Positions 46,897-59,629 of a DNA stretch of 64,000 nucleotides are shown in pieces. Made by a program: the position numbers and the translations under genes. Location: NCBI RefSeq assembly GCF_054482595.1, contig NZ_CM137008.1; one strand, written 5' to 3'. The notes under the pieces are model-generated. The model saw only the letters and a program-made list of their open reading frames with translations. It did no database searches and was not told the origin of the DNA. Numbering within the stretch: position 1 is the first letter of the stretch; the number at the start of each line of letters is the position of its first letter.

Positions 46897-48117
46897 ATGG
46901 CAATGAGTGAACAACCCCAGCCTGTGGCGGGCGCGGCTGCGTCAACGACCAAGGCCCGAACATCGTTTGGTATTTTAGGTGCTATCAGCCTCTCACATCT
47001 GCTGAACGACATGATCCAATCGCTGATTCTGGCGATTTATCCGCTGCTTCAGTCAGAATTTTCTCTGACATTTATGCAGATTGGCATGATAACCCTCACC
47101 TTCCAGCTCGCCTCTTCGCTACTGCAACCAGTGGTCGGCTACTGGACCGATAAATATCCGATGCCGTGGTCGTTGCCAATTGGCATGTGCTTTACCTTAA
47201 GTGGTCTGGTGCTGCTTGCGCTGGCGGGCAGTTTTGGCGCAGTTCTGCTGGCGGCGGCGCTGGTCGGTACCGGTTCATCGGTCTTTCATCCGGAATCTTC
47301 TCGCGTAGCCCGTATGGCTTCCGGCGGGCGGCATGGCCTGGCGCAATCTATCTTTCAGGTCGGCGGCAACTTTGGCAGTTCCCTGGGACCCTTGCTGGCG
47401 GCGGTGATTATCGCGCCTTATGGCAAAGGCAACGTTGCCTGGTTTGTGCTTGCGGCACTGCTGGCGATCGTGGTGTTGGCGCAAATCAGCCGTTGGTACT
47501 CGGCACAGCACCGAATGAATAAAGGAAAACCCAAAGCGACGATTATCAATCCACTGCCGCGCAACAAAGTGGTACTGGCGGTCAGCATTCTGTTAATCCT
47601 CATTTTCTCGAAATATTTCTATATGGCGAGCATCAGCAGCTATTACACCTTTTATCTGATGCAAAAATTTGGATTATCTATCCAGAATGCTCAGCTTCAT
47701 CTGTTTGCCTTCCTGTTTGCCGTTGCGGCAGGTACGGTGATCGGCGGGCCTGTAGGGGATAAAATTGGGCGGAAATATGTGATTTGGGGCTCTATCCTCG
47801 GCGTTGCGCCGTTTACGCTGATTTTACCCTACGCCAGCCTGCACTGGACGGGGGTTTTAACGGTGATTATTGGATTTATCCTCGCTTCGGCATTCTCTGC
47901 CATTCTGGTTTACGCTCAGGAGCTGCTTCCGGGACGTATCGGTATGGTTTCTGGACTCTTTTTCGGTTTTGCTTTTGGTATGGGAGGTCTGGGAGCGGCA
48001 GTTCTGGGGCTTATCGCCGATCACACCAGTATCGAGTTAGTCTATAAAATCTGTGCTTTCCTGCCACTATTGGGGATGTTGACCATATTCCTGCCTGATA
48101 ACCGGCATAAAGACTGA
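46897..48117 (+). CDS. fsr: MFS fosmidomycin-resistance transporter
   Basis: 406-aa 12-TM ORF. Confidence 0.9.
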   Translation: MAMSEQPQPVAGAAASTTKARTSFGILGAISLSHLLNDMIQSLILAIYPLLQSEFSLTFMQIGMITLTFQLASSLLQPVVGYWTDKYPMPWSLPIGMCFTLSGLVLLALAGSFGAVLLAAALVGTGSSVFHPESSRVARMASGGRHGLAQSIFQVGGNFGSSLGPLLAAVIIAPYGKGNVAWFVLAALLAIVVLAQISRWYSAQHRMNKGKPKATIINPLPRNKVVLAVSILLILIFSKYFYMASISSYYTFYLMQKFGLSIQNAQLHLFAFLFAVAAGTVIGGPVGDKIGRKYVIWGSILGVAPFTLILPYASLHWTGVLTVIIGFILASAFSAILVYAQELLPGRIGMVSGLFFGFAFGMGGLGAAVLGLIADHTSIELVYKICAFLPLLGMLTIFLPDNRHKD

Positions 48118-48354
48118 TTTCATTGCAGCCAAAGGCAAACTTTGGCTGCATCGTTTTACAGTCGCCATAAGCCTTTCCTCTGTTAAACCGCCTTCTGTTT
48201 TCCGATCCGTGCTTTTTTTGCAGCTAATTCCATTTTTCTGCAAAATTCAATAATTATTCATGAACATCATCAATGAAATTGTCATAAACTATTACCTGTA
48301 ATTTTGGTTTTCCCGGCCAAAAATGGACAATAACCACCAGGAAAAGGAGACGGA

Positions 48355-50031
48355 ATGCATCACGCCACCCCGCTTATCACCACCATTGTTGGCGGCCTTG
48401 TGCTCGCCTTTATCCTCGGCATGCTGGCCAATAAACTACGTATTTCTCCTCTGGTGGGATATCTGTTAGCGGGTGTGCTGGCAGGACCATTCACTCCGGG
48501 CTTTGTTGCCGATACCAAGCTTGCGCCGGAACTGGCTGAACTGGGCGTCATTCTGTTGATGTTTGGCGTCGGTTTGCACTTTTCGCTGAAGGATTTGATG
48601 GCGGTAAAGGCCATCGCCATTCCCGGTGCGATCGCCCAGATAGCCGTGGCGACGCTGCTGGGTATGGCGCTCTCTGCCGTGCTGGGCTGGTCGTTAATGA
48701 CCGGTATCGTGTTCGGTTTATGTCTTTCCACCGCCAGTACCGTGGTGTTACTGCGCGCACTTGAAGAACGGCAATTAATTGACAGTCAGCGTGGGCAAAT
48801 CGCCATCGGTTGGTTGATTGTGGAAGACCTGGTAATGGTTCTGACGCTGGTGTTGCTGCCCGCAGTGGCAGGAATGATGGAACAGGGCGATGTGGGCTTT
48901 GCCACTCTTGCAGTCGATATGGGGATCACCATCGGCAAAGTGATCGCATTTATCGCCATTATGATGCTGGTAGGTCGCCGTCTGGTGCCGTGGATTATGG
49001 CACGCAGCGCGGCAACCGGTTCTCGCGAGCTGTTTACCCTGTCGGTGCTGGCGCTGGCGTTAGGGATTGCCTTTGGTGCGGTGGAGCTGTTTGATGTCTC
49101 CTTTGCACTCGGTGCGTTCTTTGCCGGGATGGTACTGAACGAGTCTGAACTGAGTCACCGTGCCGCCCACGATACGCTGCCATTGCGCGACGCGTTTGCG
49201 GTGCTGTTTTTTGTCTCCGTCGGGATGTTGTTTGATCCGTTAATTCTGATTCAGCAACCGCTGGCAGTGCTGGCGACGCTGGCGATTATTCTGTTTGGTA
49301 AGTCGTTAGCCGCATTTTTCCTGGTGCGACTGTTTGGTCACTCCCAACGTACGGCATTAACCATCGCCGCCAGCCTGGCGCAGATTGGTGAGTTCGCGTT
49401 TATCCTGGCGGGACTGGGAATGGCATTGAATTTACTGCCGCAGGCCGGACAAAACCTGGTACTGGCAGGGGCGATCCTGTCGATTATGCTCAACCCGGTA
49501 CTGTTCGCACTACTGGAGAAATATCTGGCGAAGACCGAAACGCTGGAAGAGCAGACGCTGGAAGAGGCAATCGAAGAAGAGAAACAGATCCCAGTGGATA
49601 TTTGCAACCATGCGCTATTGGTGGGTTACGGTCGTGTAGGCAGCCTGCTGGGGGAGAAATTGCTCGCCTCTGATATTCCGCTGGTGGTGATTGAGACGTC
49701 ACGAACCCGTGTTGATGAGCTGCGAGAGCGTGGGGTCCGCGCTGTATTGGGCAATGCAGCGAACGAAGAAATTATGCAACTGGCGCATCTGGAATGTGCA
49801 AAATGGCTGATCCTGACGATCCCCAACGGTTATGAAGCGGGTGAGATTGTGGCGTCTGCCCGCGCGAAAAACCCGGATATTGAGATTATCGCCCGCGCCC
49901 ATTATGACGATGAAGTGACGTATATCACCGAACGTGGCGCGAATCAGGTAGTGATGGGTGAACGTGAAATTGCCCGTACTATGCTGGAACTGCTGGAAAC
50001 GCCACCGGCGGGTGAAGTGGTGACGGGGTAA
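48355..50031 (+). CDS. ybaL: CPA2 cation/proton antiporter with C-terminal TrkA-N domain
   Basis: 558-aa ORF; membrane domain plus GYGRVG Rossmann motif. Confidence 0.9.
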   Translation: MHHATPLITTIVGGLVLAFILGMLANKLRISPLVGYLLAGVLAGPFTPGFVADTKLAPELAELGVILLMFGVGLHFSLKDLMAVKAIAIPGAIAQIAVATLLGMALSAVLGWSLMTGIVFGLCLSTASTVVLLRALEERQLIDSQRGQIAIGWLIVEDLVMVLTLVLLPAVAGMMEQGDVGFATLAVDMGITIGKVIAFIAIMMLVGRRLVPWIMARSAATGSRELFTLSVLALALGIAFGAVELFDVSFALGAFFAGMVLNESELSHRAAHDTLPLRDAFAVLFFVSVGMLFDPLILIQQPLAVLATLAIILFGKSLAAFFLVRLFGHSQRTALTIAASLAQIGEFAFILAGLGMALNLLPQAGQNLVLAGAILSIMLNPVLFALLEKYLAKTETLEEQTLEEAIEEEKQIPVDICNHALLVGYGRVGSLLGEKLLASDIPLVVIETSRTRVDELRERGVRAVLGNAANEEIMQLAHLECAKWLILTIPNGYEAGEIVASARAKNPDIEIIARAHYDDEVTYITERGANQVVMGEREIARTMLELLETPPAGEVVTG

Positions 50032-50040
50032 ACGGTGGTT

Positions 50041-50149
50041 GCCGGATGTAAAATATGAAAAATATGTAGGCATGATAAGACGCGCCAGCGTCGCATCGGG
50101 CATCGAGAGCCAAATGCCAGATGCGGCGTGAACGCCTTATCTGGCCTAC
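50041..50149. repeat. REP/BIME element between convergent ybaL and gsk
   Basis: REP-family palindromes gccggatg...gtaggcatgataagacgcgccagcgtcgcatc...gcggcgtgaacgccttatctggcctac. Confidence 0.7.
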
Positions 50150-50163
50150 GAACCGACGATAAC

Positions 50164-51468
50164 TTAACGATCCCAGTAAGACTCTTCCAGGCTGTCTTCA
50201 CGCTCCGGCAAGCCGCGCGTTAAACGAGGTGAATGCTGGTTCAGTACCTGATAGCTCACACGGTTAGCATATTTACACACCTGCGCTAACGATGAATAAG
50301 TTAACCAGGTGAATTTATGTTTGCTGGAGTTTGGTACGTTGCTACGATGGTAGCTGTTGGCGGTAATGTCATGCAGCAACGCTGCCAATGCGCCATCCCC
50401 CGCTCCATTAGTGTTCATGATTTTTTCCGGCCCGCCCATGTACGGCGCAATGTGCGAATATACACGCAGCGGATTCTGGCAATCCTTGTGGCGCATGGCG
50501 CGGCTAAACTCATACTGGTTGAATTCCGCTATAGCGCCCGGCAGCAGCGGATGCTGGGTTTTACGTTTCGCTTCGTCTTCGGTAAAGCCCGCCATATACA
50601 AGCCGATTGGCCCGGCGGTGCACAGCACCAGATCTACCCAGTCCAGCGCCTTGTCAGATGCCAACAACGGATCGCTTTCTCCGGTCAACGCTTCGGCTTC
50701 ATCTTCGTTCATCGCAAGGATAGAAACGTGGTCTTTGAGGAATTGCTGCCACCACTGCGGATTCTCGGCAATGACAAACTTGGTGCCCAGCGTCAGCACC
50801 ACCGGTACGTTATATTTCTTCGCGTACTCAATGGCTTTCATGGTTGCTTCCGGCATGGGTTCACCCGGTTTGCAACGCACCAGATAAGAGGTGAGAACCA
50901 GTGCCGAGGCTCCGGCAATCACATCTTCCGGAATGCTTTCAGCCCGCAGCTGGTTCATGTGGCCTGGACTGATAGCAAAGGTACGTTCCCCGGACTCGCC
51001 AATCAGCGTAAAGCAACGACCAATCGGGCCATCCACGCCTTGTAGATAGTTAAGATCGGTACGGCTGGAAGTGTTACACAGGTAACGATAGGCATAACTG
51101 CCAATTTCAATATTGCTGCACATGACGCCCAGCAGCACCGAACGGTCGTCCGCGAGCACCGAGTAGTTGTGCATGGTGTTACCAATGGTGCCACCCGCAA
51201 ACTGATGGGTAATCAGGTTTTTCTGTTTTAGCTCCTGATAAAGCGCTTCGGCTACGTCATCCTCAATCACCAGTGAATGCCCGGCGCTTAATCCATAACG
51301 CTCAATGAATTCATCATCCACTTTCGCTTCAATATCGACCAGCGTCTGGTCAATACCTACGACCCAGGCGGCGCTGGTTTCGTTTTCTGGCTGGAATTGC
51401 TGAAGCAGCGGATCGCGTGCATTTACAGGGAAGTAATGTTTGGATTTACGTTTACCGGGAAATTTCAT
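50164..51468 (-). CDS. gsk: inosine-guanosine kinase
   Basis: 434-aa ORF; PfkB-type sugar kinase motifs. Confidence 0.92.
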   Translation of the reverse strand: MKFPGKRKSKHYFPVNARDPLLQQFQPENETSAAWVVGIDQTLVDIEAKVDDEFIERYGLSAGHSLVIEDDVAEALYQELKQKNLITHQFAGGTIGNTMHNYSVLADDRSVLLGVMCSNIEIGSYAYRYLCNTSSRTDLNYLQGVDGPIGRCFTLIGESGERTFAISPGHMNQLRAESIPEDVIAGASALVLTSYLVRCKPGEPMPEATMKAIEYAKKYNVPVVLTLGTKFVIAENPQWWQQFLKDHVSILAMNEDEAEALTGESDPLLASDKALDWVDLVLCTAGPIGLYMAGFTEDEAKRKTQHPLLPGAIAEFNQYEFSRAMRHKDCQNPLRVYSHIAPYMGGPEKIMNTNGAGDGALAALLHDITANSYHRSNVPNSSKHKFTWLTYSSLAQVCKYANRVSYQVLNQHSPRLTRGLPEREDSLEESYWDR

Positions 51469-51619
51469 GGTTGTTTTTACGGGTGGTTAACTGAGCGGCG
51501 AATGTTAACACAATCTGACGGGAGCGCGCGAGACGCAGCCAGTTTCAATATCAGCAGGCGGGATCGCATTTTCATGGCAGTGGTTCCTTACAATGACGTA
51601 ATTTGAAAGGAGTTTTTGT

Positions 51620-52579
51620 ATGAAGCCGGAAAACAAACTACCTGTTCTGGACCTTATTTCTGCTGAAATGAAGACCGTTGTGAATACTCTTCAGCCGGAT
51701 TTACCGTCCTGGCCCGCAACGGGAACGATTGCTGAGCAACGACAGTATTACACGCTTGAGCGCCGATTCTGGAATGCGGGCGCTCCAGAAATGGCAACCA
51801 GAGCTTACATGGTTCCAACAAAATATGGGCAGGTGGAAACACGTCTCTTTTGTCCGCAGCCAGATAGCCCGGCGACGCTATTTTATTTGCATGGAGGCGG
51901 TTTTATTCTCGGCAATCTCGATACCCACGATCGCATCATGCGCCTGCTGGCAAGCTACAGCCAATGTACGGTGATTGGTATTGATTACCCCCTTTCACCT
52001 GAAGCGCGTTTTCCGCAAGCGATAGAGGAAATTGTGGCTGCTTGTTGTTATTTCCACCAGCAGGCGGAGGATTATCAAATCAATATGTCCCGCATTGGCT
52101 TTGCCGGTGATTCCGCAGGTGCCATGCTGGCGCTCGCCAGTGCGTTGTGGTTGCGTGATAAACAGATCGATTGCGGTAAAATTGCGGGTGTTTTGCTGTG
52201 GTATGGGCTTTACGGATTACGGGATTCCGTGACTCGTCGTCTGTTGGGCGGTGTCTGGGATGGCTTAACGCAACAGGATTTGCAGATGTATGAAGAGGCG
52301 TATTTAAGCAACGACGCGGACCGCGAGTCACCGTATTACTGTCTGTTTAATAATGATCTCACTCGCGAAGTTCCGCCCTGTTTTATTGCCGGGGCGGAGT
52401 TCGATCCGCTGCTGGATGACAGCCGTCTGCTTTACCAGACGTTAGCGGCGCATCAGCAGCCCTGTGAGTTCAAACTCTACCCAGGTACGCTGCATGCCTT
52501 TTTGCATTATTCACGAATGATGAAAACCGCCGACGAGGCTCTTCGCGACGGCGCTCAGTTCTTTACCGCTCAGCTTTAG
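51620..52579 (+). CDS. aes: acetyl esterase (alpha/beta hydrolase)
   Basis: 319-aa ORF; HGGG oxyanion motif and GDSAG nucleophile motif. Confidence 0.9.
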   Translation: MKPENKLPVLDLISAEMKTVVNTLQPDLPSWPATGTIAEQRQYYTLERRFWNAGAPEMATRAYMVPTKYGQVETRLFCPQPDSPATLFYLHGGGFILGNLDTHDRIMRLLASYSQCTVIGIDYPLSPEARFPQAIEEIVAACCYFHQQAEDYQINMSRIGFAGDSAGAMLALASALWLRDKQIDCGKIAGVLLWYGLYGLRDSVTRRLLGGVWDGLTQQDLQMYEEAYLSNDADRESPYYCLFNNDLTREVPPCFIAGAEFDPLLDDSRLLYQTLAAHQQPCEFKLYPGTLHAFLHYSRMMKTADEALRDGAQFFTAQL

Positions 52580-53538
52580 CGATACGCGGCAACAAGATTA
52601 GCCATCATTTCGATATGTTCCGGCGTGGCATTAAGCGCTGGAATATATTCATATTTTTTCCCGCCGGCACCGAGGAAGACCTCACGGTTTTGCTCGGCAA
52701 TCTCTTCCAGCGTCTCCAGACAATCCGCAGCAAAGCCCGGGCACATCACCTGTATATGACCTACGCCTTTTTCTCCGAGCATTTTCAGCGTTTCGTCGGT
52801 ATAAGGCATCAGCCAGGGTTCCCGGCCAAAGCGCGACTGAAAGGTCATCATCACTTTTTCCGGTGCCATCCCCAGTGCGGAAGCCAGTTCGCGAGTCGTT
52901 GTGCGGCAACGTTGCGGGTAATCATCGCCTTCATCTGCATAACGCTGGGGAATGCCATGATAAGAGAGCAGCAGCAGATCCGGTTCGCCATGTTTGGCAA
53001 AAGAAGCGCGTACGCTGTTCGCCAGTGCATTAATGTAATCGTGGTTATCGGCGTAATCACGAATAAACGATATCCCCGGAATGCTACGTTTGCGCGCCAG
53101 AATGCGTGCCAGTTCATCCCATACCGCACCGACCGTAGAACAGGAGAATTGCGGATAAAGCGGCAGCACCACAATATGATCTACATGCTCTGCCAGGAGT
53201 TCATCGACGGCGCTTTCCAGTGATGGCGAGCCGTAGCTCATGCCCAGCGCTACGGGCGTATCCGGTAAACGTTGTGCCAACGCCTGCTGTTGCTGGCGGC
53301 TGTAAACCATCAGCGGCGAGCCGTCTTCCATCCAGACCGAGGCGTACAGCTTCGCCACACGCGGCGAGCGCAGCGGCAAAATCACGCCGCGCAGCAACGG
53401 CCACCATAACAACCGTGAGGTATCAACCACGCGTCTGTCGCTTAAAAATTGTTTCAGATAGCGTTTTACCGCTTCAGGTGTGGGGGCATCGGGCGTACCC
53501 AGGTTTGCCAGCAGGATACCGGTTTTAGTCTGACGCAT
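52576..53538 (-). CDS. hemH: ferrochelatase
   Basis: 320-aa ORF; 4-nt overlap with aes stop. Confidence 0.92.
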   Translation of the reverse strand: MRQTKTGILLANLGTPDAPTPEAVKRYLKQFLSDRRVVDTSRLLWWPLLRGVILPLRSPRVAKLYASVWMEDGSPLMVYSRQQQQALAQRLPDTPVALGMSYGSPSLESAVDELLAEHVDHIVVLPLYPQFSCSTVGAVWDELARILARKRSIPGISFIRDYADNHDYINALANSVRASFAKHGEPDLLLLSYHGIPQRYADEGDDYPQRCRTTTRELASALGMAPEKVMMTFQSRFGREPWLMPYTDETLKMLGEKGVGHIQVMCPGFAADCLETLEEIAEQNREVFLGAGGKKYEYIPALNATPEHIEMMANLVAAYR

Positions 53539-53773
53539 TACCGCCTCTTATCGATTCAACTTGTTGATAATTGTAGCGGAAAAGTGAGGAAGAAGAACTA
53601 ATTGCTGTGAGAGGTCAAATCAGAAAAAGGAATAGCGCAGATTGAGGTTTTTGTAAAAGGCCGAATGAATATCCGGCCTGAGATTGCTGATAAGTTTGCT
53701 TGTGCGGGCCTGTTCCCCTCACCCTAACCCTCTCCCCGAGGGGGCGAGGGGACTGTCCGTGCGCGCTTTCGAA

Positions 53774-54490
<717 letters not shown>

Positions 54491-54554
54491 TCAAGAAAGG
54501 CACCTGAGGCTGAAACGGTTAATGGCGAGATAATTTGCGGAAAGTGCAGATGAT

Positions 54555-54593
54555 GAAAAGAAAAATGCCGGATGACACAAAGGTCATCCGGCA
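54555..54593 (-). terminator. rho-independent terminator after htpG
   Basis: Minus-strand hairpin tgccggatgacc-tttgt-gtcatccggca followed by UUUUUCUUUUC. Confidence 0.65.
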
Positions 54594-54598
54594 TGACA

Positions 54599-56473
54599 TC
54601 AGGAAACCAGCAGCTGGTTCATACGACGAATAAACAGGTTCGGATCTTCCAGCGTGCCGCGTTCTGCCAGCAGCGCCTGATCCAGCAGCAGTTCTACCCA
54701 CTCGCTGAACTTCGCTTCATCTTCAGTATCTGCCGCACGTTTCACCAGTACGTGATCCGGGTTCAGTTCGAAGATGTATTTCACTTCTGGCACTTTCTGG
54801 CCCGCCGCAGCGAACAGTTTCGCCATCTGAGTGCTCATTTCGTCCGCGTCGGTCGAAACGATCGCTGGCGTATCGGTCAGACGGTGAGTCAGACGGACAT
54901 CTTTCACGCGCTCGCCGAGCAGGGCTTTCACACGGTCGATGAACGGAGTCAGTGCTTTCTCCGCTTCTTTCGCGCTCTCATCAACTTCGTCAGCCAGTTT
55001 TTCCAGCGACTCGTCAACTTTAGACACCGACTGGAACGGTTTACCGTCGAACTCAGTCAGATAGTTCATCATCCACTCATCGATGCGGTCGGAAAGCAGC
55101 AGAACTTCGATGCCTTTCTTACGCAGCAGTTCCAGGTGTGGGCTGCTCTTCGCTGCCGCATAGCTGTCTGCAGTGATGTAGTAGATTTTCTCCTGCCCTT
55201 CTTTCATGCGGGAAACGTAGTCTTCCAGAGACACGGTCTGCGCAGAAGAATCGGTATAAGTAGAAGCAAAACGCAGCAGTTTGGCGATCGCTTCCTGGTT
55301 AGCGAAATCTTCCGCCGGACCTTCTTTCAGTACCAGGCCAAACTGTTGCCAGAAGGTCTGGTATTTTTCCGCGTCGTCTTTCGCCAGTTTTTCCAGCATT
55401 TGCAGCACACGCTTGGTCAGCGCATTGCGCAGGTTACGCGTTACCGTGCTGTCCTGGAGGATTTCACGGGAAACGTTCAGCGGCAGATCGCTGGAGTCAA
55501 TCAGACCACGCACGAAGCGCAGATAGTTCGGCATGAACTGTTCTGCGTCGTCCATGATGAACACACGCTGGACGTACAGTTTCAGGCCGTGTTTATGATC
55601 ACGGTTCCACATATCCCACGGAGCCTGGGACGGGATGTACAGCAGGCTGGTGTACTCCTGCTTACCTTCAACGCGGTTGTGGCTCCAGGTCAGCGGATCA
55701 TTAAAGTCGTGGGCGATGTGTTTGTAGAACTCTTTGTACTCTTCATCGGTGATTTCCGACTTGTTACGAGTCCACAGCGCCTGCGCTTTGTTGATTTTCT
55801 CCCAGGAGATAACGGTTTCGCCGTCTTTCTCTTCGCGTTTTTCGATCTCTACCGGCAGCGCGATATGGTCGGAGTATTTGCTGATGATGGAACGCACGCG
55901 CCAGTCATCGAGGAACTCGTCTTCGCCTTCACGCAGATGCAGGGTGATTTCAGTACCACGATCTTCTTTGGTGATGTCGGCAACGGTATATTCACCTTCG
56001 CCAGCCGATTCCCAGAAGACGCCGTTTTCTGGTTTTTCGCCTGCCGCGCGAGTACGCACGGTCACTTTGTCGGCCACGATAAACGCAGAGTAGAAACCAA
56101 CACCAAACTGACCGATCAGCTGGCTGTCTTTCGCCTGGTCAGAACCCAGGGATTCGAGGAATGATTTGGTACCGGATTTAGCGATAGTCCCCAGATGGTC
56201 AATCACTTCGTCGCGGGTCATCCCCACGCCGTTATCGGAGATGGTCAGCGTGCGCTTGTCTTTATCGAAAGAGACACGAACGCGCAGTTCGCCATCACCT
56301 TCGTACAGGTCCGGGTTAGATAGCGCACGGAAACGCAGCTTGTCCGCCGCATCGGAGGCGTTAGAGATAAGCTCACGCAGGAAGATTTCTTTATTGGAAT
56401 AGAGAGAATGGATCATCAGGTGCAGAAGCTGTTTCACTTCTGACTGAAAACCACGAGTTTCTTGTCCTTTCAT
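54599..56473 (-). CDS. htpG: Hsp90-family chaperone
   Basis: 624-aa ORF; GHKL ATPase N-terminus. Confidence 0.95.
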   Translation of the reverse strand: MKGQETRGFQSEVKQLLHLMIHSLYSNKEIFLRELISNASDAADKLRFRALSNPDLYEGDGELRVRVSFDKDKRTLTISDNGVGMTRDEVIDHLGTIAKSGTKSFLESLGSDQAKDSQLIGQFGVGFYSAFIVADKVTVRTRAAGEKPENGVFWESAGEGEYTVADITKEDRGTEITLHLREGEDEFLDDWRVRSIISKYSDHIALPVEIEKREEKDGETVISWEKINKAQALWTRNKSEITDEEYKEFYKHIAHDFNDPLTWSHNRVEGKQEYTSLLYIPSQAPWDMWNRDHKHGLKLYVQRVFIMDDAEQFMPNYLRFVRGLIDSSDLPLNVSREILQDSTVTRNLRNALTKRVLQMLEKLAKDDAEKYQTFWQQFGLVLKEGPAEDFANQEAIAKLLRFASTYTDSSAQTVSLEDYVSRMKEGQEKIYYITADSYAAAKSSPHLELLRKKGIEVLLLSDRIDEWMMNYLTEFDGKPFQSVSKVDESLEKLADEVDESAKEAEKALTPFIDRVKALLGERVKDVRLTHRLTDTPAIVSTDADEMSTQMAKLFAAAGQKVPEVKYIFELNPDHVLVKRAADTEDEAKFSEWVELLLDQALLAERGTLEDPNLFIRRMNQLLVS

Positions 56474-56582
56474 GTAGGTCTACCTCAATAATGCCATTTT
56501 AAGGTTAAAAACAGGATGAGGGAGAGATGGGGACAAGGGAGAATAATTTCAAGCGAGAGCAGGTGATCCTGCTCTCGTTTGC

Positions 56583-57187
56583 TTAAAAACGAATCTTATG
56601 ACGCCCGGCAAGGGAGTGTGACAGCGTGGTGCCATCGACCATTTCCAGTTCGCCGCCAACCGGTACGCCATGAGCGATTCGGCTGGCTTCCACGTCATAT
56701 TGCGCGCAAAGCTCGGCAATGTAGTTAGCGGTAGCTTCACCTTCAACCGTGGGATTGGTGGCGAGGATCACTTCAGTGATTTTTTCCTCTGCCAGACGCT
56801 GTTCCAGACGATCAAGGCCGATATCATCCGGACCGATGCCGTCCAGCGGTGACAGGTGCCCCATCAACACAAAATAACGGCCTGAAAACTGCCCCGTCTG
56901 CTCAATGGCGTAGATGTCCGCCGGACTCTCCACCACACAGATTTGACCGTTTTCCTGACGACGCGGATTCGAACAGATGTTACAGACTTCCTGTTCGGTG
57001 AAAGTGCGGCAATCGGCGCAGTGGCCGATTTCCGACATCGCCCGGGTGAGCGCCTGCGCCAGACGCATCCCGCCGCTACGATCGCGCTGAAGCAGCGTGA
57101 ACGCCATACGCTGCGCCGACTTCGGGCCAACGCCCGGCAGACAGCGCAGTGCTTCCATAAGCTGTGTTAACAGCGGGCTGGTTTGCA

Positions 57188-57188
<1 letters not shown>
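56583..57188 (-). CDS. recR: recombination protein RecR
   Basis: 201-aa ORF; C4 zinc finger (CADCRTF...CNIC), Toprim domain. Confidence 0.93.
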
Positions 57189-57532
<344 letters not shown>

Positions 57533-57569
57533 TCACGTTAAGGATGACGAACGTAAGCTGTGCTTACGA

Positions 57570-59501
57570 TCAAATGGGGCGGATACTTTCTTCATCCAGC
57601 TCCGCATCGAAGAACCGACGCAGGGTCTGAATATTATTATCCGCAATAATGGACTCGCGCGCCTGCGCAAGTTTTTCTTCGTATATCGCCTGACGCCACT
57701 CCAGCGGCGTACGCACCGCGGGATTATCATCTTCAACGATAGTCAGTTCAACCGTTGAACCTTTTAACGTGCTCAACGCTTCAGCCAGTTTTTGCTGTGC
57801 ACCGCGGTTGTTCAAATGCCGCTGAGAGGAGCGCAAATGCAGACATACTGCGTTGTCGCTCTCCTCTTTCCAGGCATTTAAGGCCACCTGTTCGACCAGT
57901 TTTGGTAGCGAAAGTTGACTCACCTGTGCCGCCCACGCGTCGCGCTCAATGGCTTCTGCCGCCAGCTTCGCCGCCAGTTCCGGCGTTTTTTCATGTTCCA
58001 GCGCTTTTTTCAGCGCCTTCGGCGTGGCGACCACTTCTTTTTGCTGCATCACTGGAGTGGTAGCCTTCCAGCGATACGCTTCTTTTTTGGCTGGCGCTTT
58101 TTCCAGCGCCGATGGCACCGGACGCGCCTGAACGCGATCGGTGACCGAAGCCAGTCTTTCCAGCGCAGCGTTATTCACCGGCCGCGCGCGGGTAGCGGCT
58201 GCCGGTTCACTCTTTTTTGCTTTGGTTGCTCCCTGCACGCGCTGCAACTGCTGGCGCGCCGCCAGCACCTGGCTGGTGGTTTCCGGGAGCGGTACAGTCG
58301 GTGCCTGCTGCGGCGCTGATTGCGGTTGCGGCGGCACCTGGGTTGGCGTCATTACTGCCGTTGGCGCGACGGGCGCAAAGGACTGGCGTGGCACTTCTGG
58401 CTCAGGCAGAGGCATACGTGGATGGAACGCCAGCGCGCGCAGCAGCGTCATCTCAACGCCCATGCGGCGGTCCGGCGCATACGGTAATTCTTTGCGACCA
58501 ATCAACAGCGTCTGATAGTAAAGCTGAATATCCGTCGGCGGTATGGTGCGCGCCAGTTCACGCATCCGCAGCTCAATGGCGGCCATGTCGTTGCCAAGTG
58601 CAGCAGGCGAAAGTTGTACCATCGCAATACGATGCAACAGGCCGAGCATTTCCACCAGCAACGCTTCCCACTCGATACCACGGGCAGCGGCTTCATTAAT
58701 CAGCGCCATTACGCGCTCGCCGTTGGCCTCGACCATCGCTTCAACCAGCGACAGCGCCTGATCGTCGTCAAGCGTACCCAGCATCGCACTGACTGCCTGG
58801 GTTGAAACCTGGCCGTCACCGCTGGCAATCGCCTGGTCGGTCAGACTTAAGGCATCTCGCAGGCTGCCTTCAGCGGCGCGCGCCAGCAATTGCAACGCCC
58901 GCGGCTCGTGAGCGATATGTTCTTCGTTGAGGATGTGCTCAAGTTGATGGCGAATTTGCTCGACATCCAGCGCCTTGAGATGAAATTGCAAACAGCGCGA
59001 CAAAATCGTCACCGGCAATTTCTGTGGATCGGTCGTCGCCAGCAGAAACTTAACGTGCTCCGGCGGCTCTTCAAGGGTTTTTAACAGTGCGTTAAAGCTG
59101 TGGCGCGACAGCATATGCACTTCGTCGATCAGATAAACTTTGAAACGACCACGCGCCGGAGCGTACTGGACGTTATCCAGCAGGTCGCGGGTATCTTCAA
59201 CTTTGGTGCGCGAGGCGGCGTCGATTTCAATCAGATCGACAAAGCGCCCCTGCTCGATTTCACGACAGTTATCGCACACGCCGCACGGCGTCGCGGTAAT
59301 GCCGGTTTCGCAGTTTAGCCCCTTCGCCAGCAGTCGGGCGATAGAGGTTTTTCCGACGCCACGGGTACCGGAAAAAAGATAAGCATGATGAATACGCCCT
59401 AACGACAAGCCGTTCGCCAGTGCGGTCAGCACATGTTCCTGGCCGACGACGTCAGCAAAGGTTTGTGGGCGCCATTTTCGGGCTAAGACCTGATAACTCA
59501 T
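57570..59501 (-). CDS. dnaX: DNA polymerase III tau subunit (gamma made by -1 frameshift)
   Basis: 643-aa ORF; AAA+ Walker A GTRGVGKTS; internal frameshift signal at 58176-58218. Confidence 0.95.
   Translation of the reverse strand: MSYQVLARKWRPQTFADVVGQEHVLTALANGLSLGRIHHAYLFSGTRGVGKTSIARLLAKGLNCETGITATPCGVCDNCREIEQGRFVDLIEIDAASRTKVEDTRDLLDNVQYAPARGRFKVYLIDEVHMLSRHSFNALLKTLEEPPEHVKFLLATTDPQKLPVTILSRCLQFHLKALDVEQIRHQLEHILNEEHIAHEPRALQLLARAAEGSLRDALSLTDQAIASGDGQVSTQAVSAMLGTLDDDQALSLVEAMVEANGERVMALINEAAARGIEWEALLVEMLGLLHRIAMVQLSPAALGNDMAAIELRMRELARTIPPTDIQLYYQTLLIGRKELPYAPDRRMGVEMTLLRALAFHPRMPLPEPEVPRQSFAPVAPTAVMTPTQVPPQPQSAPQQAPTVPLPETTSQVLAARQQLQRVQGATKAKKSEPAAATRARPVNNAALERLASVTDRVQARPVPSALEKAPAKKEAYRWKATTPVMQQKEVVATPKALKKALEHEKTPELAAKLAAEAIERDAWAAQVSQLSLPKLVEQVALNAWKEESDNAVCLHLRSSQRHLNNRGAQQKLAEALSTLKGSTVELTIVEDDNPAVRTPLEWRQAIYEEKLAQARESIIADNNIQTLRRFFDAELDEESIRPI
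58176..58218 (-). other. dnaX programmed -1 ribosomal frameshift site (slippery heptamer plus stem-loop)
   Basis: Minus strand GCA AAA AAG AGU GAA CCGGCAGCCGCUACCCGCGCGCGGCCGGUGAA; -1 frame reads GAG then UGA. Confidence 0.85.
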
Positions 59502-59629
59502 TGGCAGGCTCTGAAACGCTGGAAGGTGGATTCACGAAGGGGTAATGCTAACACAGCCCCGTCAGAACGGCGAGGCTGAATGCACATCTTGTGCTGTCCG
59601 TAGCGTGGGCAGCACAAGACTGGCGATAA

